Shown here: positions 1 through 8,872 of the stretch, piece after piece | Layout: every line of letters starts with the position of its first letter | How positions within the stretch are numbered: the first letter of the stretch is position 1 | Assembly: GCA_045613045.1 (NCBI GenBank) | Contig: JAZLAF010000013.1 | Location: forward strand, 22,802-86,801 | Source of the DNA: Acutalibacteraceae bacterium | GTDB lineage: Bacteria; Bacillota; Clostridia; Oscillospirales; Acutalibacteraceae | Length of the DNA stretch: 64,000 bases | Reading direction: 5' to 3' | Position numbers and translations under genes: made by a program | The notes under the pieces: model-generated | The model's input: the letters and a program-made list of their open reading frames with translations, nothing else | Database searches by the model: none | Told to the model about the DNA's origin: nothing

Positions 1-1155
1 GGTGATATGGATAAGGGGGCCGATAGAATGTGTGCAGTAGTAGCACGCATGCATTGTGTTTCTCCAGTGGTCGGGATCACCAAACGTGATGTTGTGCCAG
101 ATGCTCTCACAGTTATGAAGATATTCGCCTTCGCCGTATTCGAATTCACCGAGAGCGCCTTCACGGTAAAGCTGTCTCATCTTCTTGGGAGCACCCATAT
201 AGCAGTAATTTTCTGCATAGAAATATTTTTTACCTGTTCTTTCAACAGCTTCAATGAGTTCAACCGCTTCTTTCATTGTCTGAACGGGAAGAACTTCACT
301 GAGAACGTGGAAGCCTTTTTCAAGAGCTTTTACTGCAAAAGGAGCGTGTTCTGTTGCAAAGTTTGCAAGAACAACTACGTCCATATCGTGGTTGAGGAAA
401 TCCTCATAGTTATCATAGAAAGTGATATCTCGGTCAGCATAGTCTTTCTTTGCTTTGTCGAGAAGAATATCATAATTATCGCAGATAGCAACCGTTTTTG
501 CACCTTTGACGTTGTCGCAGAAGTTAATCATTGTTCTGCCTCTGCCTACACCGACAACACCGACACGGATTGTCTTTGCCTTGCGGACTTTTCTGCAGAA
601 TGAACGGTCTTCGTAGACCATATCAACTTCGTCAACGCCAAGTTCACAGAGCATCCATTCCCAGCGTTCTTTCATCCCCTCGTCGTATTCAACGGGGATA
701 AAACCTGCGGTCAGATAGCTCTTGACAGCGCCCATACGCCACTCGTCTGTTGTGAGATACATATATTCTGCACCCTGAGCAGCGAGTTTTTTAACAGCAA
801 CGTTGTTGATATATTTGCCGAGACCCTTGCCTCTGTAGTCTGTGCGGATACCGACCATATGAACCTGACCCTCTTTTTCGTCGGGATGGTAGATGGCGGC
901 AATTGTGCCGATATGCTCACCGTTGTGGTCGAGGAAGAAAACGTCCTTTTCAGGTACGCAATCGTCAACGTCAGCAACGCATTCGTCGAAGAATTCGGGA
1001 ACGCAGTTATCGCCGACAAGACCGTTTTTACAGCACTCAACCCATGCAATTTTGTCTTCGAGGCATTCTTTATAATTAACGATTGAATAGCCCTCGGGAA
1101 GAGTCAGGTCTGCAATGGGAGTACCTTTGAGCCAATACATTTTAAGCTGTGCCAT
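1..1155 (-). CDS. GNAT acetyltransferase fused to Gfo/Idh/MocA-family oxidoreductase (3' end runs off the window)
   Basis: Not in the ORF track. Read by hand as an open frame from ATG at 1155 to base 1 with no stop (385 codons), with GAGGT-like RBS (AAAGGTGAT). Begins MAQLKCIGSKVLPIADLTLPEGY. GNAT motif A VHMVGIRTDYRGKGLG, then Rossmann IRVGVVGVGRG, HVLSEVLP, AENYCY, GEGEYLH and YCTHSIGP. Confidence 0.85.
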   Translation of the reverse strand, partial: MAQLKMYWLKGTPIADLTLPEGYSIVNYKECLEDKIAWVECCKNGLVGDNCVPEFFDECVADVDDCVPEKDVFFLDHNGEHIGTIAAIYHPDEKEGQVHMVGIRTDYRGKGLGKYINNVAVKKLAAQGAEYMYLTTDEWRMGAVKSYLTAGFIPVEYDEGMKERWEWMLCELGVDEVDMVYEDRSFCRKVRKAKTIRVGVVGVGRGRTMINFCDNVKGAKTVAICDNYDILLDKAKKDYADRDITFYDNYEDFLNHDMDVVVLANFATEHAPFAVKALEKGFHVLSEVLPVQTMKEAVELIEAVERTGKKYFYAENYCYMGAPKKMRQLYREGALGEFEYGEGEYLHNCESIWHNITFGDPDHWRNTMHACYYCTHSIGPLIHIT

Positions 1156-1193
1156 AGTTAATCACCTTTGTAAGAATCTAAAGTTAAAAACGG

Positions 1194-1226
1194 AAAAAGG
1201 GAGCTGTTGATTTAACAGCCCCTTTT
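1194..1226 (-). terminator. Rho-independent terminator after the epimerase gene
   Basis: Minus strand AAAAGGGGCTGTT-AAATC-AACAGCTCCCTTTTT: imperfect stem followed by a U tract. Confidence 0.6.
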
Positions 1227-1239
1227 GCTTATGTTTTAA

Positions 1240-2259
1240 TTATTCACCCTTCATTTCAAGGAGCTTTGCAGTGCCGTCGAAAACAGCCTGGCTTACCTTG
1301 ATTGAATCTGTGATTGCAGAAACGATATCGTCCTCTGTTGCACCGAGTTCAACGGAATATTTCTTGTCGATGAAGAGGTTGCGTGCCATAATATCTGCAA
1401 GTCCGTCAACGTCAATACCGCTTTCGATGCCTTTTTCAGCATATTCCTTCTTAACCTTACCGAGACCCATTCTCATCATCCATGCGGGAATGCTGAGAAT
1501 CTTTCTGTTCTCACCCATACCTCTTGCGGCATAAACGATTTTGAGGAATTCCTTCCATGTCTGGTTGTACATGGAGATGGGCCATGCTTTTGCACCCTTT
1601 GACTTTTCAGCTGCACCAACGATAACTTCACCAACCTGACGGACTGTAAGCATTGCTGTGCCGCCGCCGGGATACATTGTGAGGGGAAGCTTATCCATCA
1701 TCTTGATCTGCTCAATGAGGATAACCCAAACGGGCTTTCTGCCGGGCTGTGTGCCGAAGATGTAGGGAAGCTCGAGAACAGCAACGTCAAAGTTATCATC
1801 AGCAAATGAGAAAGCAACGTTTTCCTGATCGATACGGCTTCTGATATAAGGATGCTTCTTGGTAAGCTCCATTTCAGGCCATTCCTTTGCTGCATATGAG
1901 AAATATGAGCCGAGGATAACGGCGTTCTTCATACCGATTTCCTTGCAGAGGGGAAGAATTCTCTTGAGAGGAGCGATGTTATACTTGTAGTATGCATCGT
2001 AAACGGGTGCGGGGAATTCAACTCTTTCGTCGATACCTGCAGCGAAAACGAAGCAGTCATAACCCTGCATCATTGCCTTGATTTCTTCATCTGACTTCTC
2101 GTAGATGTTGCAGAATTCAAGTTCCATAGCTTCGGGGATGGGTGCGCCTTCGGGAAGGGGGGGAAGAGCAACGCTCTTGACTTCGTGACCTCTTTCGAGG
2201 AAGATGCGAGCAGCTTCACAGCCAAGAAGACCTGTGCCGCCAATCATAAAAACTTTCAT
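1240..2259 (-). CDS. NAD(P)-dependent epimerase/dehydratase (extended SDR family)
   Basis: N-terminal GGTGLLG Rossmann motif; GGAGG RBS upstream; 339 aa. Confidence 0.8.
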   Translation of the reverse strand: MKVFMIGGTGLLGCEAARIFLERGHEVKSVALPPLPEGAPIPEAMELEFCNIYEKSDEEIKAMMQGYDCFVFAAGIDERVEFPAPVYDAYYKYNIAPLKRILPLCKEIGMKNAVILGSYFSYAAKEWPEMELTKKHPYIRSRIDQENVAFSFADDNFDVAVLELPYIFGTQPGRKPVWVILIEQIKMMDKLPLTMYPGGGTAMLTVRQVGEVIVGAAEKSKGAKAWPISMYNQTWKEFLKIVYAARGMGENRKILSIPAWMMRMGLGKVKKEYAEKGIESGIDVDGLADIMARNLFIDKKYSVELGATEDDIVSAITDSIKVSQAVFDGTAKLLEMKGE

Positions 2260-2505
2260 TTATATATTCCTCCTTGAATATTTTACTTTTATAATATAAA
2301 TCTTTTATCTTAATTAGTCAAGATTTTTTTACAACATACAATCCAACATGCAGAAAATTTAAAGAATTTTACGGTTTTTAGGGAAATTAAAGGAATTTTA
2401 ACCGTTTTGTCACCCTTTTGTAATTGATAAACGGAAAATGATGTGATATAATCCACATAACGAAATATAATTGGCAGAATATGCATATTTTTACGGAGGT
2501 AGAAT

Positions 2506-3786
2506 ATGGCCACAAAAAATATACAGTTCAAAAGAAGATCGAGAGTTCCGAAAGCACCGATTATCGTTCTCAGCGTTGTAGTTGCTGCGGTTGTGGTTGC
2601 GGTATCAGTACTCTTGATTGTGCATTTCACAAAAGATAAGGAGCCTGCTGTTGATTTCGGCATGTGCACCTGGTCAACCGAGGGATTTGAAAACGTTTCA
2701 GACGTTAAAATCCTGAATGAATCGTTGGCAATTTATACAGATTCGGAAACGGGCAAAAAGGGTGTTATGAAGCTTGACGGCACTGTTACCGAAGAGGCGA
2801 TTCACGATGAATTCTCAGTTGCAAGTGATGCCTGGAGAAGCAAGAAACTTATTGCAAAAAGTGCAACCCTTTCCGAATATTATCTGCTCGTTGATGCCGC
2901 AACCGGTACGGTTACAACAAGACAGTATCACGGTCTCATGAAGCCTGAAAGCACCCCCTACTGGGAGGAAGAATACAAGCATTTTTCGTGGCACGATGCA
3001 AAGGGATATACGGGCAAGGTCAAAACAACCGACGTTTCTCTCGGCAGCGGACTTTATCCTGTTTCCTGCCCCCCTGCCGACGGCTCAAGATGGGGTTACA
3101 TCAACAATCAGCTCAAGCTCGAAATAGTTCTTGCATATGAAAAAGCTCTTGATTTCAGTGAGGGATACGCAGCTGTAAGCAAGGGCGGAAAATGGGGTTA
3201 TATCAACACAAGCGGAGTTACCGCAATCGGTTTCGATTTCGGTTCTGTAAGTGAGCTTGACGTTATGGGCGAGGATGTTGCATTTTCATTCCGCAACGCT
3301 CTTGCACCCGTCAAAAAAGGAGATTATTACGGTATCGTTACCCCCTCAGGCGAGTTGGTTGTTAACTTTGTTTTTGAAGCGATTCTTCAGGGCGAAAACG
3401 GAAAATATATTGCCAAAAGAGAAGGTAAGTGGGGCGTTATAACCGTTGATACACAAGCGATTTCAGAGAAATCCACTCAGAATGCGGCACCGTCACAGAC
3501 GGCAGCGGTAACAAACGTTTCCGTCGGATATTATGTTGTTAAAACCTCCGGCAGCCACCTCAATATGAGAGCAGATGCAAACACCGAAGCAACCAAGCTC
3601 GGTCAGATTCCCAACGGTGCATACGTTAACGTTACGAAGGCTATCGGAGGCTGGGCATACGTCAAATATAATAATCTTCAGGGTTGGGTAAGTGCAGATT
3701 TCCTTGAGAAAGCCACTCCCCCTGCCACTCAGGCACCGACTCAGGCAGAAACAACCGTACCTGTCGCAACAACACAAGCACAGTGA
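2506..3786 (+). CDS. Membrane-anchored WG-repeat protein with C-terminal SH3b domain
   Basis: N-terminal hydrophobic helix; repeats RWGYIN, DFSEGYAAVSKGGKWGYIN, KWGVI; SH3b-like LNMRADANTEATKLGQIPNG...GWAYVKY...GWVSADFL; GGAGG RBS. Confidence 0.8.
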   Translation: MATKNIQFKRRSRVPKAPIIVLSVVVAAVVVAVSVLLIVHFTKDKEPAVDFGMCTWSTEGFENVSDVKILNESLAIYTDSETGKKGVMKLDGTVTEEAIHDEFSVASDAWRSKKLIAKSATLSEYYLLVDAATGTVTTRQYHGLMKPESTPYWEEEYKHFSWHDAKGYTGKVKTTDVSLGSGLYPVSCPPADGSRWGYINNQLKLEIVLAYEKALDFSEGYAAVSKGGKWGYINTSGVTAIGFDFGSVSELDVMGEDVAFSFRNALAPVKKGDYYGIVTPSGELVVNFVFEAILQGENGKYIAKREGKWGVITVDTQAISEKSTQNAAPSQTAAVTNVSVGYYVVKTSGSHLNMRADANTEATKLGQIPNGAYVNVTKAIGGWAYVKYNNLQGWVSADFLEKATPPATQAPTQAETTVPVATTQAQ

Positions 3787-3839
3787 CGAAAAATCTGACA
3801 AATTAAGAAAAAATTAATCACTTTTTCTGCAATTAGCTA

Positions 3840-3868
3840 TTGACCTTTTGCGTAAAAGCGGATATACT
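3840..3868 (+). promoter_or_regulatory. sigma70/SigA-type promoter with no downstream ORF
   Basis: TTGACC (3840-3845), 17 bp spacer, TATACT (3863-3868), with an A/T-rich upstream tract. Confidence 0.7.
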
Positions 3869-3874
3869 CTTGTT

Positions 3875-3964
3875 GTGTGGTTAATCCATACATCTGCATT
3901 AGTGAGCAACAATGTAGAGCCATCCGATAAAAGACGGAGAACGAATTTGCGTTCTCCGTCTTTT
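3875..3964 (+). ncRNA. Putative orphan small RNA (~90 nt)
   Basis: Bounded by the promoter at 3840-3868 and the hairpin at 3926-3967. Two internal stems: GTGTGG/CCATAC and TCTGCATT/AATGTAGA. No RBS-led ORF inside. Confidence 0.5.
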
Positions 3965-3967
3965 ATC
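3926..3967. terminator. Bidirectional intrinsic terminator
   Basis: Perfect 18-bp inverted repeat GATAAAAGACGGAGAACG-AATTTG-CGTTCTCCGTCTTTTATC between convergent genes. Confidence 0.85.
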
Positions 3968-4019
3968 ATTTTACTGAAATAAAAACGGGGTGCTTCGTTT
4001 TCGGAAGCACTCCGTTAAT

Positions 4020-5102
4020 TTATCTATTCATAAAATCAAAGAGTCCGTGCCAGTCGTCACGGCAGAAATAGTGAGTACCTTCACGGGTACAGAGCCCTAC
4101 CCTGCCTTCGTGCAGATATTTCGGTTTGAGGAAATCGGAATCCTCGTAAACAAAGCCTTTTTCACCGTAAAGCTCGTAAACCTCCGACGCTGCGGCACAA
4201 CAGAGAAACTGTCTTGACGGGCCTGCCCAGATATCTTTGAGAGCAGAAGAAATATGCACCTTTCTCGGGGCAATCAACGCGTGCATAAAATGCTGGTCAA
4301 AGGGTGTTTCGTCATCCTTGTCGACGAAGGTTTTGTAGTTTTCGCAAAACCAGAAAGGAAAGTTCGTTGTGATGTGGCCGATGAACTCGTTTCCGTCAGT
4401 TTTACCTCTGTTTATTGAGTCACCGCTGCATCCTGCACAGTTGGAATGAGCCATGGAAAAACGTTCGTCAATTGCCGCGGTAAGAAGAGCTGTTTTGCCG
4501 AGTCTGGAGTGGCCTGCGACGCAGATATTTTTCTTATCAACCTCTCCCCTTGTCTGCAGAAAATCCATAATTCTCATTGCCGCCCAAGCCCACATTGCAA
4601 TCTTGCCGCAAGAGAAGGCTGAACGCTCTGATCCCTTATATATCAAGCCTGCCAGACCGTTTGAGAAGTCTCCGTCATCACTTGTAACGTCCTTGTAGCA
4701 GAAGGATGCGCAGGCAAATCCGTTATCGATAATTTCCTCTGTCGGGATGTATCTGTCGGGAATGTCGGGTCTGAAATTTATAACAACAAAGGTTTTGAAT
4801 TTTTCACCTTTTGTCGGATAAATATATGAGAAAGGGAACACGAATTCTTCGCCGTAAATGGTGCAGACAGCTTCCATTTTCAGATAGTCCGCTTTGCCTG
4901 CGCAGAAGCGTCCGTTTTCCGAATCAACAATGCGGAATTCGGTTTTTTCGGGTGCTTCGGGCATATATCCGTATTCATTTTCGAGCATTGATTTGAGCAC
5001 AAGAGGTCTGATTTTTTTCCATTCTTCAATCGTTTGCACTCTTCTGTCGCCAAGTTCAAGCGGAGAAGGGATTTTAAGGTCATCAAGCATTTTTTTAATC
5101 AT
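4020..5102 (-). CDS. CE15-like (glucuronoyl esterase family) alpha/beta hydrolase
   Basis: Nucleophile elbow GHSRLGK, KIAMWAWAAMRIMDFL, PFDQHFMHALIAPR, DIWA and GTHYF. Start placed at MIKKML (5102) because the -10 box at 5134-5139 lies downstream of the ORF-track start. Confidence 0.7.
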   Translation of the reverse strand: MIKKMLDDLKIPSPLELGDRRVQTIEEWKKIRPLVLKSMLENEYGYMPEAPEKTEFRIVDSENGRFCAGKADYLKMEAVCTIYGEEFVFPFSYIYPTKGEKFKTFVVINFRPDIPDRYIPTEEIIDNGFACASFCYKDVTSDDGDFSNGLAGLIYKGSERSAFSCGKIAMWAWAAMRIMDFLQTRGEVDKKNICVAGHSRLGKTALLTAAIDERFSMAHSNCAGCSGDSINRGKTDGNEFIGHITTNFPFWFCENYKTFVDKDDETPFDQHFMHALIAPRKVHISSALKDIWAGPSRQFLCCAAASEVYELYGEKGFVYEDSDFLKPKYLHEGRVGLCTREGTHYFCRDDWHGLFDFMNR

Positions 5103-5133
5103 AAAAAAGCCCCTTTGCGTTATTCTTAAAAAA

Positions 5134-5162
5134 ATTTTAATTCTTATCGCAGAGTTTGTCAA
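5134..5162 (-). promoter_or_regulatory. sigma70/SigA-type promoter of the esterase gene
   Basis: Minus strand TTGACA-17 bp-TAAAAT. Confidence 0.65.
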
Positions 5163-5318
5163 GTCAGACGCAATTTTAACTTATTTGTAATATGCAATTC
5201 ATATACTTTTTACATAAAAAAATAGAATATCCTCTTGTAATTCTCTTTAAAAGTAATTATAATAACATCATAATAGGGTAATATGGCTAAATACCCCCAA
5301 AAAGAAAGGTCTGATGAG

Positions 5319-5795
5319 ATGTCCGTGCAGGCTGTCAGGGAGTACCTCGACGGATTCGGTTTTGCCGACAGAATTACGGAATTCAACGAATCCACTGCAA
5401 CGGTTGAGCTTGCCGCCGCCGTTGTCGGAGTTATTCCTGCAAGAATAGCAAAAACCTTGTCCTTCAAGGTTGCGGAAAGTGTTATTCTTATTGTTGCGGC
5501 AGGCGATGCAAAAGTCGATAACCGCAAGTATAAGGATAAATTCGGCGCAAAAGCAAAAATGCTCACTTCGCAGGAGGCAATCGACCTTGTCGGTCATCCC
5601 GTTGGAGGTGTTTGTCCGTTTGCGGTTAACGAAGGTGTTAAGATTTATCTTGACGAATCGATGAAAAGATTCGAAACCGTCTTTCCTGCGGCAGGCAGTG
5701 CGGGAAGTGCTGTCAGACTGACTTGCGATGAGCTTTTTAAAGCTTCGCAGGCGCTTGAATGGATTGACGTTTGCAAAATCCCTGAAGATGAATAA
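5319..5795 (+). CDS. YbaK/EbsC-family aminoacyl-tRNA deacylase
   Basis: STATVELAA, RIAKTLSF, GHPVGGVCPF, VFPAAG. Start set at MSVQAV (5319); the ORF track starts at 5283. Confidence 0.85.
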   Translation: MSVQAVREYLDGFGFADRITEFNESTATVELAAAVVGVIPARIAKTLSFKVAESVILIVAAGDAKVDNRKYKDKFGAKAKMLTSQEAIDLVGHPVGGVCPFAVNEGVKIYLDESMKRFETVFPAAGSAGSAVRLTCDELFKASQALEWIDVCKIPEDE

Positions 5796-5820
5796 TTATT
5801 GCGGGTTCAAGGAGGAAAAT

Positions 5821-7419
5821 ATGAGCAAGAAATATGTTATTTCCTACGATATAGGAACAACCGGTGTTAAAAGCTGTCTTTTTGAAATTGAAGAAACAAT
5901 AAAGCTTATCAGTGCGGCAATGGAAGGCTATAAGCTTTATATTCTGCCCGACGGCGGTGCAGAGCAGGATCCCGACGAATGGTGGGCCGCTATTTGCTCA
6001 ACAACAAAAACAATTTTTGAAAAGTGCGACGTAAAGCCCGAGCAGGTCGAGGGTATTTCCTTCTGTTCGCAGATGCAGGGTCTTGTGCTTGTTGATAAAG
6101 ACGGAAACCCCGTTCACAGAGCATTCAGCTATATGGATCAGCGTGCAAAGAAGCAGATTAAAGAGGGTATGGCAAACGGTATTCAGGTTGCCGGTGCAAA
6201 TATCTTCAAGCTTCTCCCCTCTCTGATGATTACGGGTGCTGTTTCCGCAAGCGTTAAGGATCCCGTATGGAAATATAATTGGGTTAAAGATAATGAGCCT
6301 GAAAACTTCAAGAGAATTCACAAATGGCTCGACGTTAAGGAATACATAATCAGCCGTATGACGGGCGAGTTCGTTATGACAAGAGACTCCGCCTTCGGTA
6401 CATTGCTTTATGATATCCGCAAGGGTCACGAAAACTGGAGCCCCACAATCTGCAAACTTCTCGGTGTCAATACCGATCACCTTGCAAAAATCATCGACTG
6501 CACAGAGAAGGCAGGCGGTCTGACTGCAAAGGCTGCCGCAGAGCTCGGACTTAAAGAAGGCACAGCCGTTTTCGGCGGCGGCGGTGACGCATCGCTTATC
6601 GGTGTCGGTGCAGGCAGCGTTGAGCTTGGCGATACTCACGCATACTCGGGTACTTCAGGTTGGGTTTCAACCGTTGTTGATAAGAGTGTTGTTGACGCGT
6701 CGGCAATGATTGCTGCAATCGTCGGTGCACAGAAAAACAGATTCAACTATTTCGCAGAGCTTGAAACTGCAGGTAAGTGCCTTGAATGGGTAAAAGACCA
6801 TCTTGCACTTGATGAAATCGGCATCTTTATGCAGAAAACAGACGTTGCCGAATCAACAGAAACAGTATATACCAGCCTTTACGATTATCTCTCAAAGGTT
6901 GTTGACGAAATCCCTGCAGGCAGCGGCGGAGTAATTTTCACTCCTTGGCTTCACGGTAACCGCTGTCCGTTTGAAGATCCCAACGCAAGAGGTATGTTCT
7001 TCAACGTAAGCCTTGAGACCGGCAAAACCGAGCTTATCAAATCGGTAATTGAGGGCGTATGTATGCACCTTCGTTGGTTTATTGAAACTCAGGATAAGAA
7101 AATCAAGACCTCTTCTGTTATCAGATTTGTTGGCGGCGGTGCTCTTTCCGACGTAACCTGCCAGATTCTTGCAGACGTTACCGGCAGAACAGTTGAAACC
7201 GTCAGCAGCCCCCAGAACGTCGGTGCTGTAGGTGCGGCAGTTATTATGGCTGTCGGTCTCGGAATGATTGAAAGCGTTGCCGATGCAAAGAAGCTCATCC
7301 CCGCAAGTAAGGTGTTCAAGCCCAATGCCGCAAACAAAGAGGTTTATGACCGCAACTATGCAGTTTATAAAACTCTTTATGCAAACAATAAAAAGGCATT
7401 CAAAGAGCTTAACGGGTGA
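5821..7419 (+). CDS. FGGY-family carbohydrate kinase (xylulokinase-like)
   Basis: YDIGTTGVKS, CSQMQG, GGGGDA, YSGTSGW, FVGGGA; GGAGG RBS before ATG at 5821. Confidence 0.85.
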   Translation: MSKKYVISYDIGTTGVKSCLFEIEETIKLISAAMEGYKLYILPDGGAEQDPDEWWAAICSTTKTIFEKCDVKPEQVEGISFCSQMQGLVLVDKDGNPVHRAFSYMDQRAKKQIKEGMANGIQVAGANIFKLLPSLMITGAVSASVKDPVWKYNWVKDNEPENFKRIHKWLDVKEYIISRMTGEFVMTRDSAFGTLLYDIRKGHENWSPTICKLLGVNTDHLAKIIDCTEKAGGLTAKAAAELGLKEGTAVFGGGGDASLIGVGAGSVELGDTHAYSGTSGWVSTVVDKSVVDASAMIAAIVGAQKNRFNYFAELETAGKCLEWVKDHLALDEIGIFMQKTDVAESTETVYTSLYDYLSKVVDEIPAGSGGVIFTPWLHGNRCPFEDPNARGMFFNVSLETGKTELIKSVIEGVCMHLRWFIETQDKKIKTSSVIRFVGGGALSDVTCQILADVTGRTVETVSSPQNVGAVGAAVIMAVGLGMIESVADAKKLIPASKVFKPNAANKEVYDRNYAVYKTLYANNKKAFKELNG

Positions 7420-7426
7420 TTAATAA

Positions 7427-8128
7427 ATGAAAAAATTAACAGCTGTTCTGATTGCAGTGCTGATGTCGATGCTGATTCTTGCTTCCTGCGGTGCAAATCA
7501 GGATGAAACCGAAACCATAGTATCAACAACGGCGAGGCTGCCATCGGTTACGGATATTTCGGGCGAAGAGTTTTTCGTTGTAACGGATGCGCAGGGGAAT
7601 GCCCAGCGAGATAAAGACGGAAATATCCTTCTTTATGCAGTGGATGCACAAGGCAATCCGATTGCTGACGTGACAGAGGCGAAAACGCTTGACGGTGCGC
7701 TTAAAGTGGGCAACAGAATTGAAATGCCCCGATTCCGCATCACGCTGTCCGAAGGATGGGCGGATGCCAGAAGCAGCTCGGACGTAAACATCGGCAATCT
7801 GAAAACACTCGATATGATCGCGGTTTCCGTAACAAACGACGTAACGGCAGAGGAGAAAATCAAAGAGGTTGACGATACCATCTCTTCCGTCAGAAAACGA
7901 AATGATTCAGCGGTTGTTGAATCGGAAGAAATAACGGTTTGCGGAGAAAACGCTGTTTACAAGTCCGTTTCGGTCAATAATGAAACAATGTCGGTTTATC
8001 TCGGATACGTTGTTTTCACTCACGGTGAGGATGTTTATTATTGCCGTATGACGGCAGACAGAAACATTTCTCCCGAAGAAATTTCGGAAATGATTGATAT
8101 TCTCAAAACGATTGAGTTTATCAGCTGA
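7427..8128 (+). CDS. Lipoprotein of unknown function
   Basis: Signal peptide with lipobox LASC; VTDAQGN-type hairpin repeats; alpha/beta C-terminal domain. Confidence 0.7.
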   Translation: MKKLTAVLIAVLMSMLILASCGANQDETETIVSTTARLPSVTDISGEEFFVVTDAQGNAQRDKDGNILLYAVDAQGNPIADVTEAKTLDGALKVGNRIEMPRFRITLSEGWADARSSSDVNIGNLKTLDMIAVSVTNDVTAEEKIKEVDDTISSVRKRNDSAVVESEEITVCGENAVYKSVSVNNETMSVYLGYVVFTHGEDVYYCRMTADRNISPEEISEMIDILKTIEFIS

Positions 8129-8170
8129 ATATAAAACGCAAATTTGCAAAACGAAAGGATAGACACTATT

Positions 8171-8851
8171 ATGAAAAAATCAATCGCATTACTTATCGTC
8201 TTTATGGTTGTTCTTACCTGCTTCTCTGCTTGTAAGAGACAGAACGTTATTAAGGGCGGTGTTATGGCAACAGACTTCAAGGGTAATGGCGTAGTAGCAG
8301 TTGTTACCAAAGAGGATGGCGGTATCATTCGTGATGAAGCAGGTAACGTTGTTATTCTTGCTACAGATGAAAACGGCAACTCCTATAAGGAAAACGGCGA
8401 GTACGTTACAAAGGTAGTTGCTGTTGATAACGCTATTATCTTCGGCAAACACGTTGAAATGGCTGACTTCTCAATGGATATTCCCAACGGTTGGTCAGAT
8501 TCCAAGACCTACGGTTATATGCTTAATATCCAGAAGGATAACACAAACACCAAAATTTCAATCTTTTCAGACAGAAATGCAAAGCTTACAGACGTGCAGG
8601 CAAACCATTCAAAAATGGTAGAAATGGCTGCAACAGGTGCAATTACCAAAACAACTCAGAAGGTTGCAGGTCAGGAAGCTTCAGTAGTCTACACTTATTC
8701 AACACTTGGCGGAAACAGTGTATTCGTAGGCTATATTGATTTCTCATATCAGGGTGCAGTTTTCACCATTCAGGTTTCCAGCGATAAGGATATCACAAAA
8801 GATTGGAACGATATCATCAAAATTGCTGACACAATCAAGTTTGTTCACTAA
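8171..8851 (+). CDS. Lipoprotein of unknown function, paralog of the upstream gene
   Basis: MKKSIALL...FSAC lipobox; RDEAGNVVILATDENG aligns by eye with RDKDGNILLYAVDAQG of the upstream protein. Confidence 0.7.
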   Translation: MKKSIALLIVFMVVLTCFSACKRQNVIKGGVMATDFKGNGVVAVVTKEDGGIIRDEAGNVVILATDENGNSYKENGEYVTKVVAVDNAIIFGKHVEMADFSMDIPNGWSDSKTYGYMLNIQKDNTNTKISIFSDRNAKLTDVQANHSKMVEMAATGAITKTTQKVAGQEASVVYTYSTLGGNSVFVGYIDFSYQGAVFTIQVSSDKDITKDWNDIIKIADTIKFVH

Positions 8852-8872
8852 TTAATCTCGGAGGGAAATAAA

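Noticed and set aside
7-1086. Plus-strand ORFs 7-603, 859-1086, 893-1075 and minus ORF 711-1049
   Set aside because: Shadows or alternative frames of the real minus-strand GNAT-oxidoreductase gene (1-1155); no RBS or recognisable motifs.
3875-3964. Pistol/twister ribozyme, tRNA or known riboswitch identity for the putative sRNA
   Set aside because: Only superficial similarity (hairpin with GGTTA, possible pseudoknot). Conserved catalytic or ligand-binding nucleotides and a tRNA cloverleaf are not present, and there is no downstream gene for a riboswitch to regulate.
3875-3982. Leaderless GTG-started ~35-codon ORF at the sRNA start
   Set aside because: It runs through the terminator and has no recognisable features; probably chance, though not excluded without Ribo-seq.
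5998-6639. 213-aa antisense ORF inside the FGGY kinase; likewise 46570-47265, 56406-57104 and 17626-18315
   Set aside because: Antisense shadow ORFs of well-supported genes, expected from codon bias; no RBS or domain signal.
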